A stretch of DNA of 64,000 nucleotides, taken from Takakia lepidozioides (lineage: Eukaryota > Plantae > Bryophyta). Under the pieces are notes generated by a model. It made no database searches and was not told the origin of the DNA. It saw only the letters and a list, made by a program, of their open reading frames with translations. The stretch covers positions 67,766,001 through 67,830,000 of the forward strand of contig CM060732.1 of NCBI GenBank assembly GCA_030704615.1, given 5' to 3'. Below are positions 35,960-48,985 of this stretch, in pieces (the stretch's first letter is position 1; the number at the start of each line of letters is the position of its first letter). Position numbers and translations under genes: made by a program.

Positions 35960-36320
35960 ATTTCTGGAAAAATGGCGCCGAATTTCTCTTTTTGGGGCCG
36001 AAAACTCGCTAAGTCCCAACATGCACTGGTACCTGTGTTTGGGAAAATGGCGCCGAATTTCTCTTTTTGGGGCCGAAAACTGGCTAAGTCCCAACATGCA
36101 CTGGTACCGTGTCTGGAAAAATGGCGCCGAATTTCTCTTTTTTGGGCCGAAAACTGGCTAAGTCCGAACATGCACTGGAAAAATGGCGCCGAATTACCTG
36201 TCATGAGGGGACCTATAGCCGTGGAATTCGGCACCATTTTTCGCCAGAGAGACCTATTGCCGCGAAATACGTCGCCGTTTTTTCAGGTTACGGACCCTAT
36301 TACCGCGAAATTCGGCGCCA
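35960..36320. repeat. Subterminal tandem array of about 75-bp units of the MULE
   Basis: GGAAAAATGGCGCCGAATTTCTC...GCCGAAAACT(G/C)GCTAAGTCC three times plus partial copies; GCTCATGCC repeats at 36523-36561 next to the terminus. Confidence 0.88.
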
Positions 36321-39300
36321 TATTTGCACATGTCGCTGGGAATTGGCATGAGCGGAAGACGAAATTTCATGAGCACAACTGTCAAAAGTGCAATTTTCCC
36401 TTCAAGGGGCCGAATAATATATTTGTTTTTCCTGACACATTGCATTAAATTATTGTTTTTTATTGTTTTTTATTTTCGAAATTTGTACTTCTGCTCATGA
36501 AAACCGATTGTGTTACTACTCTGCTCATGCCGCTCATGCCGCTCATGCCGCTCATGCTCATGAAATAGCAAACCTCCTTCCTGGGATCCACAAGAAGTCC
36601 TCTTTTACACACAATGTGTCCCAAAAGTACCCCTGAATTCACACAGAAAGTACACTTCTCTATATTCAGGCCCAAACCTCTCATCCTGCATCTGGCCAAA
36701 CATAACTCCAATTTATGCAAGTGCTCATTCTTAGAGCTGTACACACTGAAATCATCTAAGAACACCTGCATGAAATCATCCAGATACTCATGGAAAGATT
36801 TACTTATCACTTTCTGAAAAGTTGCTGGTGCATTACAAAGTCCAAAAGGCATGACTTTGTATGCATAAGCACCCCAGTCTGTGATGAAAGCTGTCTTTCT
36901 CTGGTCTTCCTCTGCCACTTGCACTTGGTTATACCCACTGAAGCCATCCATGAATGAGTATATCTCATGGCCTGCCACAGTGTCCAGTACCGCTTCTGTG
37001 AATGGCAAAGGGAAATGATCTTTCTTTGTACAAGCATTCAACTTCTTATAGTTCACACAAACTCTCAGTTTACCATTCTTCTTGGGAACTATCACAATGG
37101 GTGACAACCAAGTTGTATACTCTATTGGGTATATAAACTTAGCCTCAGCCAATTTCTTGATCTCTTCCCCAACCTTCTGTGCATAGTTGGGATTCATTCT
37201 GTACCTTGCCTGTTTAATTGGTACTGACCCTAGTTCCAGTTCAATCTTATGCTGACAGATCTCATGTGGTATCTCTTTCAGATCCTCATAGCTCCAAGCA
37301 AATACATCTCTGTATTTGATGAACAAACTCTTAGCTTCCTCAAAGAATTCTGGCTCCAAGTCAGCCCCTACTTTCACCATTCTCGGTTCCTCCTCAGTTT
37401 CCACATTCACTTCTCTCACCTGCTCATCAGCTGTGATTGTCCAACCAGTCACTACTTCATCCTGTAAACTCACAGTAGCTGGTTCTTCTAGGATTTCCAT
37501 TTCTCCCTCTCTTTCTTCATAGAAATGTGGTGGGTAACTGCTTGTTTCACCCTCAATTGGTGTTGCTGTCACTACACCACAACAGATACCTTTTAAACAA
37601 CTTAGGCCCTCCAGTTGCATTTCTGCAACCTGCTCCCACTTTGGGTGTGCAACGAACAGGGTAGCTTCCTGCTCCTCATCAAGTCCTCTCCTCCGGTCAT
37701 ACTCTTTGACTCCTCGAGGTCTTCTCGTAGCAGGTAGTCTACTAGATTTCTTTGTGGTGATTTGTATCTTGTGCTTCCCATCATGCACAGTTAGTAACTG
37801 GGAATTCCAGTCATGGAATACCCTGGCCTGTTTCAGCCATGGTCGACCCAGCAATAAGGAATAAGCTTCCAACCCAATGGCTGTACACTTCTTTGATCTG
37901 CCATTGTTACTGTGAATGGGGCTAGTTTCATGTTACTTAAACCAAGCTTCTGCCTTAATTGGTCTGTCATGATATTCACTCCAGAACCTCCATCTATCAG
38001 TACATCAGACAAGTCTGTGCTTCCAATTCTCAATTGGATTACTGGCATAGAATCATCAAAGTTCATGACTGTTTCTTGCCCTTCCGGCTTCACAGTATAG
38101 CTTGTCACCTTGCTGTTTAGGTCTGTGTTCCCTGTCACATGAGCAATCTGATTAATTGTTTGATACAGCCTGTGCCTACAATGAGGTGCCATAGCCAATA
38201 ACTGTCCAATGGTAATCTCCGCTTTGGACTGGCATATTACTTCAACCAAAATCCCTTCATTACCCTGCACTTGTACAGCTTCCTTCTTCACTTCATCCTC
38301 ACTCACTTCATCTTCTCTTTCAGAATCAGAGGAATCCGCCATAGGGATATCAGTACTCTTCTGCATTTCCCGTATGGTATCAGCCACTTCCTTGTGCAAT
38401 TCCTTCTCATCTCTCCAAGCCTCATCATCTTCAGGCACATCACTGCCATTTTCATTATCATCATCTTCCTCATCTACTAGAGATATTAGTTTAGCTTTGC
38501 TTCTGGTTACTATCATTGTACTTACTTCTGGTACAACACATGGCCTAACCATGTGAGCTGCCACCACTGGGCCCTCATTCACAGGAGCTCTCATCTCATT
38601 CTGGTGTCTGATCCAGAATGGACAAGCTGCCTTGCAATGTCCTGCCTGATTACAATAGTAACACAGTTCTTCCCATTAGGTCCTCGCCCTTGGTCTGTTG
38701 GGATTGTTTCTATAATCCTGATTCCCTGGCTGGTAATTCCCCCTTGGAATACCCTGATAGTTGCCTCTAGGATTGCCTTGGTAATTCCCTCTTGGATTAC
38801 CTCTCCCTTCCATACCAATGCTATAACCACCAAGGCTACCATAGTGGTCCTGATCATTGTTCCTTCTAGGCTGGGGCTGCACATGATGCACCCTTACTTG
38901 CCTAGGTTCTCTTGTAGCTGTCCTTCTGTTGTAATAACAATTCTCTGTAGAATGGTTATCAATTTTACAGATAGTACAGTGTCTCTCCTTCATGTGGCAT
39001 TCAGCTGTGGTATGGCCTTCATTCTGGCATTTTGCACACCAAACACCCTTCCTCTAATGTGTTACAGCCTCTGTGGCATACTTCTTCAAGATCTCATCTA
39101 GTCTTTTCTCATAGTTTTCCTTCTTCAACTTCTCCTTTTTCTTACTCTTCCTTTTGAGCTCTTGCTCTTCTTCCTCATCTGACTCATCCTCAGAGTCCTC
39201 ATCATCCCCTTTATCTCTCCTGAGCATTCTCAATTGCTCAATCATGTTGGCTGTTTCAAATGCCTCCTCCACTGTATTATGGGGTAACATATTCACTTTC

Positions 39301-39737
39301 TTTTGCAACTCTGGTCTTAGTCCACTCACAAACGAAGTCTTCTGTAATCCTGGTGCTGGTACAGCAGCCAAATTTTTCATCATCAATTCCATCTTTTTCA
39401 TATACTCTTCAACAGTTTCATGCTTCTTTTGCTTTAACTGTTGTAAACTTCCATACACTTCATCCTCAATTTTACTTGTCCTGAACCTATTTCGGAATGC
39501 TGTACTTAAGCCATTCCAGGTTAGGAAATGATTATCAGGGAATCTTGCATACCATTCACTTGCTTTCTTTATAAGTGAACAAGGAAACAGTCTCATTTTG
39601 GCATCATCGCCATTCTCATTGTTCACAATACACATGTGCTCAAATTGGCTGATGTGTACATCAGGATCCCCTTTTCTTGCATATATTGGAAAATGTGGTT
39701 TTGCCCGTGTTGGTTGTAACGCCATCTGTGGCTCTAC

Positions 39738-41894
39738 TGTAGTGTGAAAAAGAAGGGGCGTGAATCCCCTTCTGTGCAAGTGTAGTTGTGCTCCTCCCCA
39801 AGTCAATTGGAGGGAAGGAAAGGAGCTGTCCTCTCAGGTGATCCAACCCTCGTCACTCGGTGTGGGTTTCCCTCACGTCCTTCATGATCAGAGTTCACAC
39901 AATCCTCATCCACGCCGCAGCGGAAGAGAAGACATGGATGGGGAGTCTGTATTGTTTTCACCCGTGGTTCTACTTCTACACAACATCCTCTCCCTGGTAC
40001 ACCGCACCAGCCCTGTTACCATGCTATCTTCAGTGATGCAACCAGCCCTACGTCAGTGATGACCACTGCCCTTGTGGGCAGCTCCCTTGGTCAGCAACAA
40101 GTGGAATCCCCTTTGTAATAAGATCACGATTTGGAAGGAGGCAACTCAGATCTGCCATGAGTTGCAGGCCCACCAGTTTGGCCCTTCATGGGTTCATGCT
40201 TTCTTTATCTTACCGCCCCAATCATCCATTCCTCTCCATCCCCTCTTGCTGGTCAGCTCTCTCCCTTATGTCCTTTTCTCTCTCCCTTTCTCTTTCCTTC
40301 AGGGTGAGTAGGTTCCTCACTCTTTCCACTGTAGCATGTCTATGATGCAATGCAATGCGCATTCAGCCAAGCATCCAGTGCACCCAGCATTGAAATCAAC
40401 CTTGGTCACACAAGATATAATCAGCCCTTTTATCAGTCCCTCTCTTGCCAATGACAGATGCTTCACACTCTACTTTTCCCAGGTGTAGCCATTTGCCCAA
40501 GACAGCTCTCAACCCTTCTACAGGTCTCAATTTACACACCCTGACAGCTCTCTTTTTCCCATCAACTGTGAACCTCAGTGGTTCACATGCTGAGAGCACC
40601 CTGAGAATCAGATCCAAACCCAAACAGATGTTGGTTTTTCTGCCCCATCCACATCATCCCTTCTTGTCGTTTCCAAACAGTTCAATCTAACTCTCACTGG
40701 TTTCCTCTACCTACTAAGCTAGTTCCACATTGACTGCAATGTGTCAACATCCCAGGCTAGATTGTTTGTACAAGCTCATGACGCTGAAACAAGAAACAAG
40801 AATACAACAACAGCAACCATTCTGTCCCAGCAACGAATCATCCCTGTTTCCATTCATTTTTCCTACTCTACAATGTAACAGCAGGTGCATCCATCTCCAG
40901 TCCATCCTGGTTTGAAGTCCAGTGTCTTCATTCCATTTCCAAAGCTCTTTTTCTTCCTCACATGTCAGTGTCTCTTACTACATACAAGAGACAGTCCAAA
41001 CTTCATAAAGCGATTTCTAAGTCACCCCAAAAAGAGAGAAAACCACTCTTCAAACTTATCTGTCTTATACTCATTGAAGCGGTAGGTCTGCCTGTCACGA
41101 AAGCACCTTGTCCTCTCCCTCGTCAGCCATTTCCGACGTCTCTTCTTATCGTGATTCCAATCCTCATCAAGGCATGACGGCTCTGCTTCAGCTGCTGGCA
41201 CATCCTTGTGTCTGCCAACCTCTACCCTATCCTTCTACATGTGCATTTCTTCCCTATGAAGTGATCTGGTCCTACAGCCTTTAAGACAGAGAGCAGATAC
41301 AAAACTTAATTATAGATAGCTTAAGCGCCATACACACCAGAAGGCGGCACCGCTTCCTCTTGCACAGAATGCCAAGCCAGATCCCTTAACGTCGCTCTTT
41401 AAGGCAAGCTGATTCCCTTACAAAGTGATCTGGTCCTAAAGCTCAAAAACAGACAGCAGCTACAAGATTTGATCACAGACAACCTGAGGCGCTATACACA
41501 CCAGCCTGCATTTCTCATCCCCCAACACCTGCTGAGCCGCTCCATCTCCTCATTAATGTGCTGATCAAGACAATGGCGACAGCAGTGGTGCACCGCCCTT
41601 ATCACAAACCTGATCCCTCTGGTTTGATCATTGCTTACGAAGAAGGCGGCACCGCTTCTTCTTGCACAGAAAGCCAAGCAGGAGCTCTTAACATTTCTCT
41701 TAAAAGCAAGCTGATACCCTTTGCGTAGGTGGAACTTTCTCAGATATCCTGTGCTGCCAACACCACTGCAGCAGCTGCGAAAAGATACCCGCACTCTTCC
41801 CCTTCATTAGCACGAAGGGCACTCCCTTTGTAGTAGTGCCGAAACCTGATGCCAAACAAAAACTTGAATTTTTACCCCCTGCACTCACACTACA
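39738..41894 (-). mobile_element. Solo LTR of family B
   Basis: TGTAGTGTG/CACACTACA ends; 4-bp TSD CTAC (39734-39737 and 41895-41898); homologous to 9876-12092. Confidence 0.95.
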
Positions 41895-42738
41895 CTACCC
41901 CCTGCCCACTGACAGGTGCTGGCCCCCCTGCTGGTGCTGGTCCTTGAGGACCTGTTGTAGTTGTGGTGGAACTTCCACCAAGTGCTGGCCCCTGAGCACT
42001 TCCTGCTACTGGCCCCACTATATTCAGAGTATTCCCAGCTCCAGTTGCACTACTTCCCACACTCCCTGTCCCCCCAGAGCCAGATCCAGGCTGCCCGCCT
42101 GATCCCCCTGAGCCGACACGTTCGTTGGTCTATGATCCAAGTGCTCCACTTGATCCAGGTCCAACAGGTTGGGATGTCCTGGTTGTAGTCTCAACCTCAG
42201 CTATTGGGTCTACTTCTTCATACTCTTCATCTTCCAATTTCTTCTCTCTGTTTTCATCTTCCAAGTTTTGCCCTTGGGTTTCTTCTTCTTCATTCATGTA
42301 ACTCAATTGCAATGGTGTTGGAGAGTCTGAACTCTCCGTTGGCTCTGCCACATCCTCTCCTCCTTCTTCGTCTTCCATTCCAGAAACTGGAGTTCCTGCT
42401 TTTGGTGTTCCATGCCAACTCTTATCAAAGATTTATGTCAAATCTTTTATCCAGGGATGTACCTCAGATCTTCCACCTTGTGGTTGATCTTCTTCCTGTA
42501 CCAATTCCCTTAATCTTTCTTGCAAATAATAAGAAGGAGTGGCATCCAACTCTAGTTCTTCCGGTATGGGTGATGTACTCTCTGATCTTAATGGTGTGAG
42601 AGGTCCAGATGATTCCCCTATGTCTATTCCTCTCTCCCAAAGATATGGATAATTAGCTTTCAAATAACTTCTTTTTTGCTGAATATCTCTGGAGTCTAGC
42701 TTCTCTTTCATCACTCATGTCCCATGTCCTTCATTTCT

Positions 42739-43435
42739 TTAATGAGGCAATAACCAAAACTCTCTTCTGTAGTATCTCTCGTATATGCCTGGGTTTCTTT
42801 CAAGCTTCAATGCACCCTTGGCTATACTAGAAGACTCCGTTATCATATAACCATATGGCAAACAAGTCTGAAAAGCTATTCTTGGTGTGAGTTTGATCCA
42901 CAAAATATCCTTAGGAATCCAATTCTTTACCAGTACAAGCTCTTCATGCATATGAGTGTAAACATTCACTTTCCTTTCCTCCTAGCCTTCAAACTCTACT
43001 CGCTTAATGGATAACAATGCTATCACATAAACCAGTGTTGGTAACCAACGTGCTCTTCCTCTATAGGCCACCTGATAAATCTTTATCACTCCTTTCTCCA
43101 AACCCCACTCAGGGTCAGCATCATGCACTCTCTTAAGAATGTTTCATTTACAACCGTCTGGCAAAATCCAAGAACCTTTGAAAGAATTGTTTGGACAATC
43201 TTTCCTTCTCAGTTCCACAGGGAATTTGATTCACATCAAATTCTTTAATTCTCCAACCACCATGATCCCACCAGATGTCTGTCACATCTGGTTGTTCATG
43301 ACCCAGATCCCCAGTATGGTCGCCAAATGTCGAGCGGTTTTTACTCACCCATCCCTTCGCTATCCGAGGTGGAAACTCCAAGATAGAAGAGTTGGATATC
43401 TCTAAGCACTCAACCCGCTCAGAACAATCAGTCAT
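42739..43435 (-). pseudogene. ORF0 of family A (about 230 codons, upstream of gag), unknown function
   Basis: MTDCS...EISNSSILEFPPRIAKGW to ...YERYYRREFWLLPH* with one frameshift and one stop; homologous pieces at 1-113 and 19468-19740. Confidence 0.6.
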
Positions 43436-44320
43436 GACCCACAGCTAGTGTATCATGGTTGTGCTTCCTATTTGTATTCCTTCTTGCCTTCATGTTATCA
43501 ATTTACCTTACTGGGTATACTGAAGCATCAGATTGCTTCAGCATCTTCCAAGTTCCAATCAATCATTCATTCATTCCACAACTTTTCTCATGTCTCTCTA
43601 CACAGTATGATTGTATCGAACAAGTATCAGATTATGATTAATCAAGTATCAGCCAATGCCATGGTGTCCCTATTCTACGCTACTGTATGATTCTACAGCT
43701 TGCATGAATTAAGCCTCAATCAAGTCATCATCTCCTCTTCACTGTTCCGCTCTCCGTTTCGTCTCCTCCTCCCCTGACCAAGTCGCGCTCCTCAAGAAGT
43801 GATCCCCTTCCTGTTGCCGCCCTGCCTAATATACCCGCAAGCTGTTCTAACCACCTAACTAACTAACTGTCACCCCTGAAGTAACACGTTCCCTCTGCAG
43901 ATGTCGTTCCCACACAGTCATTCCCTGTCAATGATAACCGTTCCCTATGTACGCTATGACAAACTGTGCCAAGTTGTGTCGAGCTATGCCTGTGCCGAGC
44001 TATGACTGGCTGTGTAAAGCTGTGTCGGGCTGTGTCGGACTGGGACTGGCTGTGCGAAGCTGTGTTGGGCTGTGACTGTGCCGAAATGTGACTGGTTGTG
44101 CGAAGCTGTGATAGACTGTGACGGGTTGTGATTGGCTGTGCGAAGTTGTGTCGGGCTGTGTCAGACTGTGTCTGGCTGTCTACCCCTCCCCCCTAAAGCC
44201 TGCGCCTGCCACCCCTAAGGCTCCTGTTGGTCTCAGTCTACCATCCGTAAGTCTGCGCAAAAATTAAGGATAGCCCACAGAACCCGTAAAAGCATCTAAG
44301 TCCCAAGCAGCCCTTTAACA

Positions 44321-44950
44321 AAGTGTGAGGGCTTCTACCCTGATACGCATTTGGGGGGGGGGGGAGAGGAGGAGGTATGGCCGGTTCGGAGCAGCCTAGC
44401 CGATCAGCGACACCGCCCCCTGAGCCTGAGCGGTCAGCAAAAAAAGGGCCTGGACTACGGGGCGCCGCCGCCGGCTATGCTCCACATCTGGAATCTACTT
44501 CCAGTGGCGCTCCGGGAGGGGATAGAACGGCCATATCCGGCAACGGGGACTCCTGCCACATCGGGTGACACCGGGGGCGAGTCGGACAAGCTTGCAAAGG
44601 TACAACTGTCGCACCTTGTTCATGATCATTTATCCTTTCCTTTGCATGTATGATTTTCTTTGTTGTTTGTTTCTTTTTTTGCATTTGGAGGGGTTATTTG
44701 TCTTCAAGAGGCAGCAACATGACTGGCCTCATTGGTGCAGTCCAGTGGGGTTGCCAATGAGGGAGAGCACGTGGTATTCATGAAGGACCCAAACACCAAA
44801 TGTAAGAAGAAGAGGCCTCGATCTCCCGAGATCATTTTTACCATCAATGAAGGGGCTGCCGAGGAGAGAGAGAGAAGGGAGAGGGAGAAGGAGAGAGAGG
44901 AAGTAGCGGGGAAGGGGAAGGAGATGGTCATGGAGAAGGGGAAGGAAAAG

Positions 44951-44981
<31 letters not shown>

Positions 44982-47049
44982 CCCATGGAGAGGAAGGGGT
45001 GAGTGTGCATGCGGGGGAGGGCAGTGGGGTAACAAAGGAGCAGGGGAAGGAGGCTACAAAGGAGGGAGAGGGTGGGAAGAAGAACATGCCCTTGGCGATA
45101 CAGGACGTGGATTTGGCAAAGATCATGGTGCCACCGGTGGAGGTGAATTGCCATGGTGACCCCTGCGGTGCGTTCTGGGAGGCTATGAAGAAGCCAGCCT
45201 TCGAACTCGCATTGAGGTGGTTCCCTTTGCTCATCGAGTGGGCTGATCAGCACTTTGGTGCGAAGCGGGCGTATGCCCGTGAGTTAGACCGCCGGTTTTC
45301 GGGCAATTGGAGTGACACAAGGGTGATGGAGATGGTGGGGCGAAACTTGAAAGACAGGAGGTACCGTACCAGATAGATCATTCGGAGGGCAATGGAAAAG
45401 GAGGCCATACCCAAACCACCTTATGGAATTACACAGGTTGGCAAATCCTAAATCATGTCACCTTCCATTTGTCGCATGTGCATTAATGAGGTGGATTCGA
45501 TGCAACGTATGTGTGTAATTCACTAATTGTTGGGGGGGAGGGGGGGGCATAGGTATCGTGGGATGCACTCATTGTGGGAGAGACTGATGCCGCAAACAAG
45601 GCCAAATTTGACCGGGCACGCGAAGCAACAACAATCCGCCTTGACAAGCACAAATCCACACACAAGTGGGGCGCCGGCGGATCCAAGGGTTTTATCTTGC
45701 GATTTGTAAGTCGTACTTCCCTATGGATTTTGTTATGTCTTCTTTCTGGCTCCATCATCGCAAATAACTGACTTTAATTTGTGGCATGTGTAGCAACGCG
45801 CGTTTGAGAGGAAGCCATCTCCGGTAGAGTACAACTACGCCAAAGAGCATGGTTGACAATCCCTCATGAAGAACATGGCCAACACGGAGAGGATGAGTGC
45901 ACTACAGGGCACTGATATGGATGAGGTCGGGGGTCATGGCCAGGGATTGGATGAGAGCTCTGTGGGACTTAGGGGAACGCCGCCTCATTTAGGTGCTCTG
46001 GCAAAGGGCACGGAGTCATCAGGCTCATCGGATAGCTCTGAGTCCTCCACTGAGGATGAGGATGAGGATGACTAGTCCTAGTCCATGTAGGTCCCAGGGT
46101 CAGCCTACTGAACCCTTGTGAGCTTTTCAGCTCATTTCTTGTAAATATATTTCCATCTTTCCATCTTCCATCTTATTCATGTGTCGCACCGTCCTCACCC
46201 TCGATTCATGCTTGCTCAATTGTGTACCTGCTAAATCAGAGAAATGGAACTGTAAGGTCTCCCATCCCCAAAAACAAAACCAGGCAAAAAACAAAAAACC
46301 ACCCTCAATTCACCCCCAAAATCAACCCCGCCCCCCCCCCAACCAGGCTGCCCTCGCGACTGCACGACGTCGCCAATGACGACGTGTTTTTTGGGCGGGG
46401 GTCGAACGCCGCGATGGTCAGGCGTCGCCAATCCTATTTGCGGGCGGCAACCCCCGACACCCCCTGCGAAGTGTTTTTTTGGTCCGGGGGTCGCAAGCCG
46501 CGACGCCCTGGCGTCGCGTAGCCCGCCACCCTGCCAACGCCACGTTTTTTTTAATATTAAATATAAAAAAAGCAATGCCAGAGCGTCGCCAAAACCCACG
46601 CCCGGGCGTGGCGGAGCCCGACTCCTGCTCTTGCTGTATTTTTTGCCACGCCCAATAGTTGCTTGCAGCGATGCACTGGCGTCGCTTGGCGTACCACCCG
46701 GCTTACGCCACGTGTTTTTGGGTTTTATGATGGGACTCCCGGGCAGGTTAGAAAAAAAAGGGGATGCGATGCCGCGCCGGCACCCCCACCAACGCCGTCG
46801 CTTGACGGAGGCCCCTGCCATCGGCGCAGACGGCCTGAAAAGCAACGTCCGGCAGTCGCGGGAGTTGGGGCGGGGGCTCGCGACCCCCATACGTCGCATT
46901 TTTGCGACGTCATTTTGGCGACGCCCATGTGACTGCCGGGCGACGGCCGGACGTCGCAAAATCTGTGCCTGTCCCCTGCCCGAAAAGGGCGTTTTTCCGA
47001 CGCTGCGGCGTGGCTCGGGCATCGCAAAGGCCCCCCTTTTCCTGTAGTG
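44321..47049 (+). mobile_element. Right arm of a CACTA (En/Spm) element with TnpA-like remnants
   Basis: Ends ...CCCCCTTTTCCTGTAGTG (reverse complement CACTACAGGAAAAGGGGG); GC-rich GCGACG/CGTCGC subterminal repeats at about 46350-47040; fragmented ORFs 44732-46075 including HKSTHKWGAGG. Confidence 0.7.
44948..44980 (+). repeat. (AAG)n microsatellite
   Basis: About 11 perfect AAG units (poly-Lys). Confidence 0.9.
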
Positions 47050-48013
47050 TGTGTTGTATAGATTCCCGATGTCATGCTTTACTTATGTGGTTTTGCATTG
47101 CGAAATTGATAGTATTCATAAAAAAGCTTAGATTTGAGTCTGTCTGACAACATTATAATGGTTTTGGGCTCGTACCCTATTGCATTGGATTTATGTTTCA
47201 CAAAGCGAGAACCATGTCATGACCTAGTTTTCCATAGGTTTTGTGGTTTTCTATTCATAATTTGGTCATGACCAAATATATGAAAAATTGTAACGATTGA
47301 AATAAGTGACAATTTAAAGTTCGTAGTAAATAATACTTGATAAACTTACAAATTTTTCTGTCAAAGATTTGTACCAATGACCATTGACCAAGTAGTGGGA
47401 AAGTGGGAAGGTGCGGGAGTGGGATGTAGTTACGTCGATATGATGATAGAGCTTTGACTGCAGCTGGATCATGATCAGCAACTAACCAGCTGCTATATCT
47501 ATTGGCGCAACAAAGAACTATCAACAGATTTTACTTCTTTGTGCCTCTTCGCTACCTAACTTATTATCAAATCTAGTTACTCATAGTAGCTTGTGTGGGC
47601 CCCCACCTTAGAGGAGTCATGCCCCCCACACGAAGGGCAAGGGAGTCCCGCAACAAAGATCAGGCACACGATGAAGGTCGCCCATCTTTAGTGCGATTGC
47701 TTTCTGAGCTTAATCATGTCACAAAGCTCGCTCACGAGACGTCACACAGGAGCAAATTGTTGGAAACCCAATCCCACGACCACACTGGGCCTCCCACTGG
47801 CAGCCATCACATCCTCATCACATGCAATTAGACGAAGATGTTTTAGACGATGATGGCCAACCCACACACCCTATTGATCCAGCACTATGTGCTAGGCCCA
47901 GTACGCAAGATGTTGGGGCACCTGCATGGGCTACAACTCACTTCAAGGCCGTATCTAACATGGTCCAAACTTAGGATCAGGCAAATGCAAGCCTGCAAAG
48001 GAAGATCCAGCAG

Positions 48014-48637
48014 ATGGAAAGAGAAATGGAGTGGAAGAATCGTCGTGCACGTGAGCAGCCTCTCCAACACGAAAGCAACAAGAAGACTCTCGAGGTCCTT
48101 AACGACGCAGAAGATAATCTTGATGTCGTTCTAGAAAAGCTCTCTGCCCAAAGATCAACCAGCGAGGAACTTACTAGCATCATTGACGAAGATAAGAAAT
48201 TACTTACCAATCACAAGCTACTGATTCGTATCTGTGACCAGGGTTACAAGGTTGCAGCCTTTTTTGAACAGGAATGTACCATAGACAATCTGGATGACGA
48301 GCGCATGCTTCGAAAATCTAGAAAGCTTGCAAAAGACGCTGCAGAAATAGAAAAGGAAAAAAGAGAAAAACTTTCATTCCCAGCTTCCCAGAGACGACAA
48401 GAATTTTACTCTAGCCGTCAAGTACGTCTAAATCAGAATTTCTCTCAGAGTTTCCAGGGAAATTGCTTGATTTGTGGGACTTGGGGTCATAAGGCCTCCA
48501 TGTGCATTTTTGCGAATCAAGTTGGCACACCTACAACACCTGTGCGTGGGGGAAATATTCCACGGGGACCTTATGTGGGGCACAATGGAATCCGGGCAAT
48601 AACTCCTGTAAATATTTTCCAGCAAGTAAGACCGTAG
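48014..48637 (+). CDS. Gag-like ORF of the YR element
   Basis: Coiled-coil-like region plus CCHC knuckle CLICGTWGHKASMC. Confidence 0.7.
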   Translation: MEREMEWKNRRAREQPLQHESNKKTLEVLNDAEDNLDVVLEKLSAQRSTSEELTSIIDEDKKLLTNHKLLIRICDQGYKVAAFFEQECTIDNLDDERMLRKSRKLAKDAAEIEKEKREKLSFPASQRRQEFYSSRQVRLNQNFSQSFQGNCLICGTWGHKASMCIFANQVGTPTTPVRGGNIPRGPYVGHNGIRAITPVNIFQQVRP

Positions 48638-48840
48638 GTGTTTAACGTAGTATCTATGTAGTTCTTTATTTTCCAACAGGTAAGACCGTAGGTGTTTAAC
48701 GTAGTATCTATGTAGTTCTTTTTTTTCTAGACTTGTAACTGTCGATCGATGGACTACCAGCTGGCAAGACCATAGGTATTTAACGTATTATCTATATAGT
48801 TCTTTTTCTATTGTAAATGTCGATTGATGGACTATCAAAG
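48620..48840 (+). repeat. Three degenerate direct repeats (AAGACCGTAGGTGTTTAACGTAGTATCTATGTAGTTCTTT)
   Basis: Copies at about 48628, 48682 and 48766, between gag and RT. Confidence 0.8.
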
Positions 48841-48985
48841 GAACTTAGTTAAATATAAAAAATGTCTTTTCTAGACAATCCAGACTCTATCCTCCTCACC
48901 TAATGATGTTTTTAATCTATATACTGCAGATCTAACTTCTTTTAAGTCTGAATTTGATTCTAGCTCTTCAGCTCAAGGCTCACAA

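Larger units (their letters stand above)
23751..36576. mobile_element. Large Mutator-like (MULE) DNA transposon of at least 12.8 kb, inserted in the RT of family A copy 2; left end in or beyond the gap
   Basis: MULE-type transposase, divergent cargo gene and shared repeat arrays. Right terminus reads inward GAGGTTTGCTATTTCATGAGC and abuts the point where gypsy A homology stops (…VDPRK|). TSD and left TIR are not visible. Confidence 0.75.
36577..44320 (-). mobile_element. Ty3/gypsy family A copy 2 (5' LTR, ORF0, gag, PR, part of RT), degenerate
   Basis: Reverse-complement homolog of copy 1 (ORFs 36460-37872, 37833-38594, 39054-39806, 42130-42714); starts TGTTAAAGG at 44320; short deletion in the protease near 37870. 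Confidence 0.92.

Noticed and set aside
47043-47051. TGTAGTGTG identical to the family B LTR start
   Set aside because: No LTR homology follows; it is the CACTA terminal repeat plus flank.
46179-47147. GC-rich overlapping ORFs up to 263 aa
   Set aside because: Stop-poor CACTA subterminal repeats.
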